This document shows positions 35,560 to 43,743 of a DNA stretch of 64,000 bases, in pieces. The notes below the pieces were generated by a model. The model was not told the DNA's origin and did no database searches. It worked only from the letters and a program-made list of their open reading frames with translations. Numbering within the stretch: position 1 is the first letter of the stretch; each line of letters begins with the position of its first letter. A program made the position numbers and the translations under genes. The stretch is taken from positions 3,378-67,377 of the forward strand of contig JAWOIO010000127.1 of assembly GCA_046484625.1 (NCBI GenBank). The letters are read 5' to 3'. The stretch comes from Acidimicrobiia bacterium (GTDB lineage: Bacteria; Actinomycetota; Acidimicrobiia; IMCC26256; PALSA-555).

Positions 35560-38145
35560 ATGGCTACTCGCACGTCGGCGCGTCGCGCTCCTGCCCGCTC
35601 CAAGGGCTCCAAGGGCTCCAAGGGCTCCAAGGGCTCGGGCTCCAAGGGCTCGGGCTCCAAGGGCTCGGGCTCCATGTCCGGTCGCGCCAGCGCGCGCAAG
35701 GGATCGGGGTCACGCGCTCGGCCGGCGGGCAAGGGCGGCCGCGCCACGTCCGCACCCACGCGGACCGAGCGAGTCCGTGCCGCGGCCCGGAGGGAGCTCG
35801 CGGGTCACGCCGCGGACGCCACCGCCGTCGGCCTGATCGTCCTCGGCGCCCTCACGACGCTCGGGCTGGTCTCCGACCTGGCGGGACCGGTCGGCTCCGG
35901 GCTCGCCGACGGCTTCGGCGCACTGATCGGCCGGGCCCGGTTCGCGGTCCCGATCGTCTGCCTGTTCTTCGCGATCCTCCTCTTCCGTCAGCGACCCGCG
36001 GCGCGGCGGGCGCTCGAGGCGGAGGAAGCCGGCGAGGACAGCCCGCCGGAGCCTGCGCCGCTCCGGGTCGCGATCGGTGTCGGCCTGATCGGCCTCGCGG
36101 CCGTCGGCACCCTGCACCTCGCGTTCGACCGCCCCGCCGTCGACGGCTCGCTCGACCGCCTCCGCGACGCAGGCGGGGTCATCGGTGCGGCGATCGGTGG
36201 GCCGCTCGCGGCTGCCGCCGGCACCGTCGGCGCCGGGATCGTCCTCGGGGGGCTGTTCGTGCTCGGTGCGCTCCTCGCTCCCGGCGTCCCGATGCGCGAC
36301 GTCGTCGCCATGTTCGGCCGAGGGGCGCGCTCGGCCGGATCCCGTCTCGGTAGCCGCGCCCGCCGGTTCGGCGACCTCAGCGACGGCGCACCGCGGCCGA
36401 CGCCCGACGACGAGATCGACCTCACCGCGCCGATCCCACCGGTCTACGACGAGTCGCTGCCCCCCGAGGAGCCGGTCGCCGCCGGCGACGCCTTTGCCGG
36501 CGACGAGCCCGACCTGCCGCAGGTGACGCTCTACGACGTCGAGACCGACGCCGCGCCCGACGCCGCGCCCGATCGGGACGTCGACATGCACGCGCCGGCG
36601 CCGGTCCCCACCGTGGTCGAGGACGACGGCCAGGTCGCGCTCGACCTCGGGGCCCGATCGGGTCGCCGCGGCGGGTGGAAGCTGCCGCCGAAGAACCTCC
36701 TCAAGAAGGGTGATGCCAAGCCCACCGACCGGCGCCTCGTCGAGGAGGGCGGCAAGGTGCTGGCCGAGGCGCTCCGCGAGCACGGCGTCGACGCCAAGCT
36801 CATCGGCATGACGGTCGGCCCGACCGTCACCCGCTACGAGCTCGAGCTCGCACCCGGCGTGAAGGTGAACCGCGTCACCGGGCTGAGCCACGACATCGCG
36901 TACGCGATGGCGTCGGCCGACGTGCGTATCCTCGCCCCGATCCCCGGTCGGTCGGCGATCGGCGTCGAGGTGCCGAACAAGACCCGGCAGCTGGTGACGC
37001 TCGGCGACATCCTCACCTCGCCCGAGGCCAAGGCCGCCACCCAGCCGCTCGAGGTGGGGCTCGGTCGCGACATCGCCGGGCGCGCGGTGATGCTCGACCT
37101 GGCCACGCTGCCGCACGTGCTGATCGCGGGCGCCACCGGTGCGGGAAAGTCGAGCTGCATCAACTCGCTCGTGACGTCGCTGCTCATGCGCAACACGCCC
37201 GATCAGGTACGTCTCATCCTCGTCGACCCCAAGCGAGTCGAGCTCGGCGCGTACAACGACCTGCCGCACCTGCTCACGCCGGTGGTCACGAACCCGAAGA
37301 AGGCGGCGAACGCGCTCGACTGGGCCGTGCGCGAGATGGACATGCGCTACGAGGCGCTCGCGGATGTCGGCGTGCGCGACATCACCGGCTACAACGCGGC
37401 GTACGACCGGGGTGAGCTGCCGTCGCCCGAGGAGCCCGACCCGGTCACGGGCAAGGGCTACGAGCGGCTGCCGCACATCGTCATCGTCGTCGACGAGCTG
37501 AACGACCTGATGATGGTCGCCGCGCGCGACGTCGAAGCGAGCGTGTGCCGGATCGCGCAGATGGCCCGCGCCGTCGGCATCCACCTCGTGATCGCGACGC
37601 AGCGCCCCTCGGTCGACGTCATCACGGGTGTCATCAAGGCCAACGTGCCGAGCCGCCTCGCCTTCAGCGTGTCGAGCCTCGCCGACTCGCGTGTGATCCT
37701 CGACCAGGCCGGCGCCGAGAAGCTCATCGGACAGGGGGACCTGCTCGCGCTCACCGCCAGCTCCAGCCGGGCCCAGCGGATCCAGGGCGCCTGGGTCGAC
37801 GAGTCCTGCGTGCGAAAGGTCGCAGCCCACTGGAAGCGCCAGGCCGGCGAGGTGACCTATGTCGAGGGGATCGCCGAGGAGACCCCGCAGTCAGGTGGCC
37901 GCAGCTCCGACGACAGCGACGACGACCCGCTCCTCGTCGAGGCGATGGAGCTCGTCGTGCGCGGTGGCCTCGGCTCGACGTCGATGCTCCAGCGCAAGCT
38001 GCGGGTCGGGTTCTCCAGGGCCGGTCGGCTCATGGACCTGCTCGAGCGCAAGGGGGTCGTCGGTCCGTCGACCGGGTCGAAGGCCCGCGACGTGCTGATG
38101 ACCGTCGAGGAGTTCGAGGGCATGGAGCGCCGCGGCGCCGAGTGA
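35560..38145 (+). CDS. ftsK: DNA translocase FtsK/SpoIIIE
   Basis: N-terminal TM region, motor domain (GATGAGKSSCINS; IVVDELNDLMM) and a gamma-domain wHTH at the C-terminus. ATG 35560 is preferred over GTG 35506. Confidence 0.95.
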   Translation: MATRTSARRAPARSKGSKGSKGSKGSGSKGSGSKGSGSMSGRASARKGSGSRARPAGKGGRATSAPTRTERVRAAARRELAGHAADATAVGLIVLGALTTLGLVSDLAGPVGSGLADGFGALIGRARFAVPIVCLFFAILLFRQRPAARRALEAEEAGEDSPPEPAPLRVAIGVGLIGLAAVGTLHLAFDRPAVDGSLDRLRDAGGVIGAAIGGPLAAAAGTVGAGIVLGGLFVLGALLAPGVPMRDVVAMFGRGARSAGSRLGSRARRFGDLSDGAPRPTPDDEIDLTAPIPPVYDESLPPEEPVAAGDAFAGDEPDLPQVTLYDVETDAAPDAAPDRDVDMHAPAPVPTVVEDDGQVALDLGARSGRRGGWKLPPKNLLKKGDAKPTDRRLVEEGGKVLAEALREHGVDAKLIGMTVGPTVTRYELELAPGVKVNRVTGLSHDIAYAMASADVRILAPIPGRSAIGVEVPNKTRQLVTLGDILTSPEAKAATQPLEVGLGRDIAGRAVMLDLATLPHVLIAGATGAGKSSCINSLVTSLLMRNTPDQVRLILVDPKRVELGAYNDLPHLLTPVVTNPKKAANALDWAVREMDMRYEALADVGVRDITGYNAAYDRGELPSPEEPDPVTGKGYERLPHIVIVVDELNDLMMVAARDVEASVCRIAQMARAVGIHLVIATQRPSVDVITGVIKANVPSRLAFSVSSLADSRVILDQAGAEKLIGQGDLLALTASSSRAQRIQGAWVDESCVRKVAAHWKRQAGEVTYVEGIAEETPQSGGRSSDDSDDDPLLVEAMELVVRGGLGSTSMLQRKLRVGFSRAGRLMDLLERKGVVGPSTGSKARDVLMTVEEFEGMERRGAE
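35599..35670 (+). repeat. in-frame 9-bp x3 then 15-bp x3 tandem repeats (SKG / SKGSG) in the FtsK N-terminus
   Basis: TCCAAGGGC at 35599, 35608 and 35617. TCCAAGGGCTCGGGC at 35626, 35641 and 35656. Confidence 0.9.
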
Positions 38146-38206
38146 CCCCGCGGTTCTCGGCACGTTCGACGTTGCACAGCAACGCTCAGCGGGCCGAGAA
38201 CGGGGG
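38146..38206 (+). repeat. palindromic extragenic element, copy B (terminator-like)
   Basis: Starts 1 nt after the ftsK stop. TTCTCGGCACGTTCGACGTTGCACAGCAACGCTCAGCGGGCCGAGAA flanked by CCCCG/CGGGG. Related to copy A. Confidence 0.75.
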
Positions 38207-38285
38207 CGCCAGTAGCATCGGCGGGATGCCCGCGGTCGATCGGTCCACCCTCGGCGCACCTGGCGCGTCCGGAGCGACCGCCGCG

Positions 38286-39611
38286 ATGGGCACGTTCTGG
38301 GTCGAGACGCTCGGCTGTCCGAAGAACGAGGTCGACTCCGACAAGATCGTCGCGTCCCTCGTCGGCGACGGACTGGTCCCGGCGGCCTCCAGCGACGACG
38401 CCGACCTCGTCGTCGTGAACACCTGCGCGTTCGTCGAAGCCGCCCGGCAGGAGTCGGTGGAGACGGTGCTCGACCTCTCGGGACGGCGCCGGGCCGACTC
38501 CCGGCTCGTCGTCACCGGATGCATGGCCGAGCGCTACGGGACCGAGCTCTCCGAGGCGCTTCCGGAGGTCGATGCCGTCGTCGGGTTCGCGGGTGAGGGC
38601 TCGCTCTCGCAGTACTCGCCCGTCGAGCTGCTGGCCGGTCGCAAGCCGATCGGGGTCCGCGACCTGCTCGAGATCGAGCGGGGCGCCGCGAGCGCTCCGT
38701 GGGCGTACCTCAAGGTCGCGGAGGGCTGCGATCGGGCGTGCGCGTTCTGTGCGATCCCGTCGTTCCGGGGCGCCCAGCGCTCACGAAGCGACGACGCCAT
38801 CGTCGCCGAGGCCCGCACACTGGTGCACGGCGGTGCCGCCGAGCTCGTGCTCGTCGCGCAGGACATCGCCTGGTACGGACGGGACGTCGGGAGACCGGGC
38901 GGGCTTGCTCCTCTGCTCCGTCGCCTCGACCGCGAGCTCGCGGGCGACGGCCTCGCGCGCATCCGGCTGCTCTACCTCTACCCGAGCGAGGTCAAGGGTG
39001 CGCTCCTCGACGCGATCCTCGAGGTGCCGACCGTCGTCCCGTACTTCGACCTGTCGTTGCAGCACGCCGACCGTGCGCTCCTCGCCCGGATGAAGCGTTG
39101 GGGGAGTGGTGACCGGTTCCGGTCGATCATCGCCGACATCCGCGAGCGTTCGCCGGAAGCGGCGTTCCGGTCCTCGTTCATCGTCGGCTTCCCCGGCGAG
39201 ACGGAGGCCGCGCACGACACCCTCCTCGAGTTCCTCGCCGACGTCGAGCTCGACTGGGCCGGCTTCTTCCTGTTCTCGCCCGAGGACGGCACGCCGGCGT
39301 CCGGTCTCGACGGCGTCGTCCCCGACCGGGTGACGGGCGAGTGGATCCGCGAGTGCGACGAGCTCCAGTCGCGCATCACCGCGGCCGCACGCGACGCACT
39401 CGTCGCGGCCGGCACCGAGGTCGAGGTGCTCGTCGACGGCGTGGGCGAGCACGGCGACGCCCATGGGCGGACCCACCGCGAGGCGCCCGAGATCGACGGT
39501 GTCGTCCACCTCGAGGGCGCCCAGGCCCGCCCCGGCTCGATCGTGCGGGCGAAGGTCGTCGGCGCGGCGGGGACGGACCTCACGGCCACCCCGATCGAGG
39601 TGCTCCGATGA
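38286..39611 (+). CDS. rimO: ribosomal protein S12 methylthiotransferase RimO
   Basis: FWVETLGCPKNEVDSD (UPF0004 domain), radical-SAM CDRACAFC, and a TRAM domain at the C-terminus. ATG 38226 is an alternative start. Confidence 0.9.
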   Translation: MGTFWVETLGCPKNEVDSDKIVASLVGDGLVPAASSDDADLVVVNTCAFVEAARQESVETVLDLSGRRRADSRLVVTGCMAERYGTELSEALPEVDAVVGFAGEGSLSQYSPVELLAGRKPIGVRDLLEIERGAASAPWAYLKVAEGCDRACAFCAIPSFRGAQRSRSDDAIVAEARTLVHGGAAELVLVAQDIAWYGRDVGRPGGLAPLLRRLDRELAGDGLARIRLLYLYPSEVKGALLDAILEVPTVVPYFDLSLQHADRALLARMKRWGSGDRFRSIIADIRERSPEAAFRSSFIVGFPGETEAAHDTLLEFLADVELDWAGFFLFSPEDGTPASGLDGVVPDRVTGEWIRECDELQSRITAAARDALVAAGTEVEVLVDGVGEHGDAHGRTHREAPEIDGVVHLEGAQARPGSIVRAKVVGAAGTDLTATPIEVLR

Positions 39612-40192
39612 CCTCGCCGACGAGGATCCCGGCAGCCGAGCGCATCAAGCGCTACACGGAGTCGGCGATCCTGACCCGGGCGAACGTCGTGACGATCGCG
39701 CGCTTGGTCCTCACGGTGCCGGTGCTCCTCCTGATGCTCGAGGAAGGCTCGACCTGGCTCACGTGGGGCGGGTGGTTCTTCCTGTCGGTCACCGACGGGC
39801 TCGACGGGTGGATCGCCCGTCGCGACGGCACGACCCGGTCGGGGGCGTTCCTCGACCCGATCGCCGACAAGTTCCTCGTGCTCGGCGGGTTCGTGGTGCT
39901 GGCCATCAACGACGACCTCTCCTGGGTGCCCGTGATCCTCGTGATCGCACGCGAGGTCGGGATCTAGGTCTACCGGTCCTTCGCCGGTCGGCGGGGCATC
40001 TCGCTCCCCGCCCGCCAGCTCGGCAAGTGGAAGGCCGTCCTCCAGTTCCTCGCGGTGGGGTTCGTGCTGTTCCCACCGACGGCCTCGGCGACGACGTTCC
40101 ACCTCGTGATGGTGTGGTCGGCGGTCGCGATCTCGATCGTGTCGGCACTCGACATCGTGCGCCGCGGCTGGGTGGAGACCCGGGTCGCGTGA
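39608..40192 (+). pseudogene. pgsA: CDP-diacylglycerol--glycerol-3-phosphate 3-phosphatidyltransferase interrupted by one in-frame TAG at 39965-39967
   Basis: CDP-alcohol phosphotransferase motif DGLDGWIARRDGTTRSGAFLDPIADK. The frame stops after AREVGI, then stays open in the same frame (VYRSFAGRRGISLPARQLGKWKAVLQFLAVG...) to TGA 40190-40192. Total 194 codons, a normal PgsA length. Confidence 0.8.
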
Positions 40193-40217
40193 CGGGACCC
40201 CAACCGACGGGAGCAGG

Positions 40218-41462
40218 ATGAGAGCGGACGTCCTCGCGATCGGGACCGAGCTGCTGCTCGGCCAGATCGTCGACAGCAACAGCGCATGGATCGGCGAGCA
40301 GCTGGCGTCCGCGGGGATCGACACCTACGACCACCGCAAGGTCGGCGACAACCAGGATCGGATGGTGGCCGCGATGCGCGACCTCCTCGGCGAGGCCGAC
40401 GCGCTCGTCGTCTGCGGGGGGCTCGGCCCGACCCAGGACGACGTCACTCGCGACGCGATCGCCGAGCTGATGGGCGTCGAGCTCGAGCGCCGTGAGGACC
40501 TCGTGGAGCAGATCGCGGCGATGTTCGGGCTCCGTGGTCGTGACATGCCGGCGAACAACCTGCGCCAGGCCGACGTACCCGCGGGTGGCGACGCGATCCC
40601 GAACCCCATCGGCACCGCACCGGGATTGCGGTGCGAGGTCTCCGTCGACGGCCACCAGCGTGTCGTCTACGCGGTCCCGGGCGTCCCGTACGAGATGCAG
40701 CAGATGGTGCGCGACCACGTGCTCCCCGACCTGCTCGAGCGGTCCGGGGAGCGGGCGGTGATCGTGAGCAGGTCCCTGAAGACCTGGGGCACGTCGGAGT
40801 CCGGCCTCTCCGAGATGATCGCCCACCGGGTGGACGGCCAGTCCAACCCGACGATCGCGTTCCTCGCGCGGGGGATCGAGGGCCTGTGCGTCCGGCTGAC
40901 CGCGAAGGGCGCCGACGAGGCCGCGGCCCGGGCGCTGATCGAGGCCGAGGAGACCGAGCTGCGGTCGATCCTCGGTGACCTGATCTTCGCCGTCGACCAC
41001 GAGACGATGGAGTCGAACGTCCTGGCTGCCTGCGAGGCGCGGGGCTGGACGCTCGGCGTCGCGGAGTCCCTCACCGGTGGGCTCGTGGGCGCGCGCCTCG
41101 CCAACGTCCCCGGTGCGAGCCGCACGTTCCGCGGCTCGATCGCGTCCTATGCCACCGAGGTGAAGCGCGACGTGCTCGGCGTCGATGCCGAGAAGGTGGT
41201 CTCGCAGGAGTGCGCGATCCAGATGGCCGAGGCTGCCCAGCGGGTACTCGGTGCCGACGTCGGGATCTCGTGCACCGGCGTCGCCGGTCCCGACGAGCAG
41301 GACGGCCAGCCGGTCGGCACGGTGTGGTTCGGCGTGGCGGTTCCCGGGCACCCCACGCACGCGATGTCGACCCGTCTCCCCGGGGACCGGGAGCGCATCC
41401 GCCAGTTCTCGACGATCTCGCTCGTCAACCTGCTCCGACTGCGCCTCGATTCGCTGGCGTGA
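40218..41462 (+). CDS. cinA: competence/damage-inducible protein CinA (MoCF-like plus PncC NMN deamidase domains)
   Basis: MRADVLAIGTELLLGQIVDSNSAWIG...; C-terminal ESLTGGLVGARL...GTVWFG. Confidence 0.92.
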   Translation: MRADVLAIGTELLLGQIVDSNSAWIGEQLASAGIDTYDHRKVGDNQDRMVAAMRDLLGEADALVVCGGLGPTQDDVTRDAIAELMGVELERREDLVEQIAAMFGLRGRDMPANNLRQADVPAGGDAIPNPIGTAPGLRCEVSVDGHQRVVYAVPGVPYEMQQMVRDHVLPDLLERSGERAVIVSRSLKTWGTSESGLSEMIAHRVDGQSNPTIAFLARGIEGLCVRLTAKGADEAAARALIEAEETELRSILGDLIFAVDHETMESNVLAACEARGWTLGVAESLTGGLVGARLANVPGASRTFRGSIASYATEVKRDVLGVDAEKVVSQECAIQMAEAAQRVLGADVGISCTGVAGPDEQDGQPVGTVWFGVAVPGHPTHAMSTRLPGDRERIRQFSTISLVNLLRLRLDSLA

Positions 41463-42025
41463 GCTCGACCGGTCGCGCGTTCGTCGCGGTCGTGCCACCC
41501 GCGGCGGTGCTCGACTGCATCGAAGAGGCCCTCGCGCCGGTCGAGCGCCTCGTGCCGGCCGCGCGTTGGACCACGCGCGGGCAGCGGCACGTCACCTTGC
41601 AGTTCCTCGGGAACCGCGTCGACCTCGACGCGGTCGCCGGTGCGCTCGGAGGGCTCGCCGTGACGGGCGGCGAGGTCCGCGTCCGCGGCGCCGGCGCGTT
41701 CCCCGACGAGCGCCGGGGAAGAGTCCTGTGGGCCGGGATCCCGGGCGGCGCGGCCGTGCTCACGCGTCTCGCCGGGGCGGTGGGCGAGCGCCTCACGCCG
41801 ATCGGCCACGAGCCCGACAGTCGCGGGCTCCACCCACACCTCACGCTGGCCCGGCTCCGTACCCCGGGCGACCTGCGCGCCGCGGTCGCCGTGCTCGACC
41901 AGCGTGACCTCGGCCCGACCTGGCGGGTCGAGGAGGTGGTCCTGTTCCGGAGCGAGACCCGTCCGGAGGGCGCCCGCTACGAGGCGGTCGCCCGGATCCC
42001 GATCCCGGCCCCGGGCGGTCCCTGA
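41459..42025 (+). CDS. thpR: RNA 2',3'-cyclic phosphodiesterase (2H phosphoesterase, ThpR/LigT)
   Basis: Two HxT/S motifs: RHVTLQFLG and HPHLTLAR. GTGA overlap with the cinA stop. Confidence 0.85.
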   Translation: MSSTGRAFVAVVPPAAVLDCIEEALAPVERLVPAARWTTRGQRHVTLQFLGNRVDLDAVAGALGGLAVTGGEVRVRGAGAFPDERRGRVLWAGIPGGAAVLTRLAGAVGERLTPIGHEPDSRGLHPHLTLARLRTPGDLRAAVAVLDQRDLGPTWRVEEVVLFRSETRPEGARYEAVARIPIPAPGGP

Positions 42026-42054
42026 GGGCGGTGCCGTGCCGAGATCCGATGGGG

Positions 42055-42285
42055 CTACTGGAACGGGCGACTGCCGAGCTTGCGCCCGGGGGCCCACCGG
42101 CTCGGCTTCTTCGGGGCCTTCGGCTCCTTGAATCGGGGCGTGACCTCGTCCTTGCTCCGGGCCAGCGCCTCCCCTGACCGGACGCTCGGCGACCGGACGC
42201 TCGGCGACCGGCCGTTCGGTGCGGCCGGCTGGCTCCCCGAGCCGGCAGGAGCGGATTCGTCGTCGTGTGTGCCTCGGTCCGTCAT
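42055..42285 (-). CDS. small disordered basic protein, divergent from recA (hypothetical)
   Basis: 76-aa ORF with high GC3. Contains a 3 x 15-bp repeat (42176-42220, RSPSV). No recognisable domain. Confidence 0.4.
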   Translation of the reverse strand: MTDRGTHDDESAPAGSGSQPAAPNGRSPSVRSPSVRSGEALARSKDEVTPRFKEPKAPKKPSRWAPGRKLGSRPFQ

Positions 42286-42312
42286 CCCCGAGAGCCTAGT
42301 GGCCCACGGTGC

Positions 42313-42341
42313 TTGACCCCGAACGGGTGTTCGTCTAGCGT
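42313..42341 (+). promoter_or_regulatory. recA promoter with embedded LexA (SOS) box
   Basis: TTGACC (42313-42318), 17-nt spacer, TAGCGT (42336-42341). CGAACGGGTGTTCG (42320-42333) matches the actinobacterial SOS box TCGAAC-N4-GTTCGA. Confidence 0.8.
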
Positions 42342-42399
42342 CTCACAGACGTGGAGTTCCACGTGTGTGATCCTGCCGCTCCGGAGCCCCCGGCGTGAC

Positions 42400-42421
42400 T
42401 GTCACACCCCCGCCGTAGGTT
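42400..42421 (+). promoter_or_regulatory. second recA promoter candidate resembling the RecA-independent DNA-damage promoter motif
   Basis: TGTCACAC (42400-42407), 8 nt, then TAGGTT (42416-42421). Compare the mycobacterial motif tTGTCRgtg-N8-TAnnnT. Confidence 0.55.
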
Positions 42422-42494
42422 GCCGGCCAGTACCAGCGAGCAGCACCAGCGAGCACTTCCCCCAACCGAAGACGAAGCCCCCAGGAGGGTCCCC

Positions 42495-43652
42495 GTGGAG
42501 CGTGAACAGGCACTCGAGATGGCACTGGGTCAGATCGAGAAGAACTACGGCAAGGGCGCGATCATGCGCCTCGGCGAGCGAGGCCACGTCGGGATCTCGG
42601 CGATCCCCACCGGGGCGCTCGCCCTCGACATCGCGCTCGGCATCGGGGGCCTGCCCCGCGGCCGCGTCGTCGAGATCTTCGGCCCCGAGTCGTCCGGGAA
42701 GTCCACTCTCGCGATGCACGTCGTCGCCGAGGCCCAGCGCAACGGCGGCACCTGTGCCTACATCGACGCCGAGCACGCCATGGACCCGGTGTACGCCGCG
42801 GCCATCGGGGTCAACGTCGACGACCTCTACATCTCCCAGCCCGACACGGGGGAGCAGGCGCTCGAGATCGCCGATCTGCTGATCCGCTCGGGTGCCCTCG
42901 ACGTCGTCGTCATCGACTCGGTGGCCGCACTCGTGCCCCGGGCCGAGATCGAGGGCGAGATGGGCGACACCCATGTGGGCCTGCAGGCCCGGCTCATGAG
43001 TCAGGCGCTGCGCAAGCTCACCGCGAACCTCAACCGGTCCCGGACGGTGTGTGTCTTCATCAACCAGCTGCGCGAGAAGATCGGTGTGATGTTCGGCTCA
43101 CCGGAGACCACGCCGGGCGGCCGGGCGCTGAAGTTCTACTCGTCGGTCCGTCTCGACATCCGTCGCGTGGAGACGATCAAGGACGGCGCCGAGATGATCG
43201 GCAACCGGACCCGCGTCAAGGTGGTGAAGAACAAGGTCTCGCCGCCGTTCAAGATGGCCGAGTTCGACATCATGTACGGCAAGGGCATCAGCCGCGAGGG
43301 CTCGATGCTCGACGTCGGTGTGGAGCTCGACATCATCAAGAAGTCGGGGGCCTGGTTCACCTACGAGGGCGAGCAGCTCGGTCAGGGACGGGAGAACGCC
43401 AAGGCGTTCCTCAAGGACAACCTCGACATGATGCTCGAGATCATGGAGAAGATCCGGGTGCAGGCCGGCATCGGCGAGTCCGACGACGTCCCGCCGCCCG
43501 ACGGCGAGATCGACCTCACCGAGGCGGCCGCCGACGCGATCGCCGAGGCCGCGGAGGCCGAGGCGAAGGCCGCCAAGGACACGAAGGCGGCCTCGGCAGA
43601 CGAGCCGACGCCGACGGCGAAGAACGGGACGAAGGCGTCTTCCAAGTCCTAG
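42495..43652 (+). CDS. recA: recombinase RecA (no intein)
   Basis: GTG start 5 nt after [30 protein letters not shown]..., Walker [10 protein letters not shown], and [22 protein letters not shown]. Confidence 0.97.
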   Translation: MEREQALEMALGQIEKNYGKGAIMRLGERGHVGISAIPTGALALDIALGIGGLPRGRVVEIFGPESSGKSTLAMHVVAEAQRNGGTCAYIDAEHAMDPVYAAAIGVNVDDLYISQPDTGEQALEIADLLIRSGALDVVVIDSVAALVPRAEIEGEMGDTHVGLQARLMSQALRKLTANLNRSRTVCVFINQLREKIGVMFGSPETTPGGRALKFYSSVRLDIRRVETIKDGAEMIGNRTRVKVVKNKVSPPFKMAEFDIMYGKGISREGSMLDVGVELDIIKKSGAWFTYEGEQLGQGRENAKAFLKDNLDMMLEIMEKIRVQAGIGESDDVPPPDGEIDLTEAAADAIAEAAEAEAKAAKDTKAASADEPTPTAKNGTKASSKS

Positions 43653-43684
43653 GAGCCACCGCCCGGCAACGGGGCATGCGACGT

Positions 43685-43718
43685 ACGGGAGGCGCTCGAG
43701 CGATCGGGTGCCTCCCGT
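43685..43718. terminator. 9-bp stem hairpin between convergent recA and tauE
   Basis: ACGGGAGGC (43685-43693) pairs with GCCTCCCGT (43710-43718). Confidence 0.5.
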
Positions 43719-43743
43719 TGCGCGTCGAGATCGCCCCAGACGA

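Noticed and set aside
35599-35670. Whether any of the short tandem repeats (FtsK, NusA, PNPase, the 53575-53628 repeats) could be a CRISPR array
   Set aside because: The units are 9-18 bp, directly abutting with no spacers, and mostly in-frame within CDS. No cas genes are present. They are not CRISPR.
39463-40221. 252-aa track ORF overlapping pgsA in another frame, as a possible explanation for the interrupted pgsA
   Set aside because: It is an Arg/Pro/Gly-rich out-of-frame product with no motifs. The pgsA frame carries the family motif and TM helices on both sides of the TAG.
42495-43652. An intein in recA, as in some mycobacteria
   Set aside because: The 385-aa product is colinear with ordinary RecA. 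The extra length is a C-terminal Ala/Glu/Lys-rich tail. There are no Cys/Ser...HN splice junction blocks.
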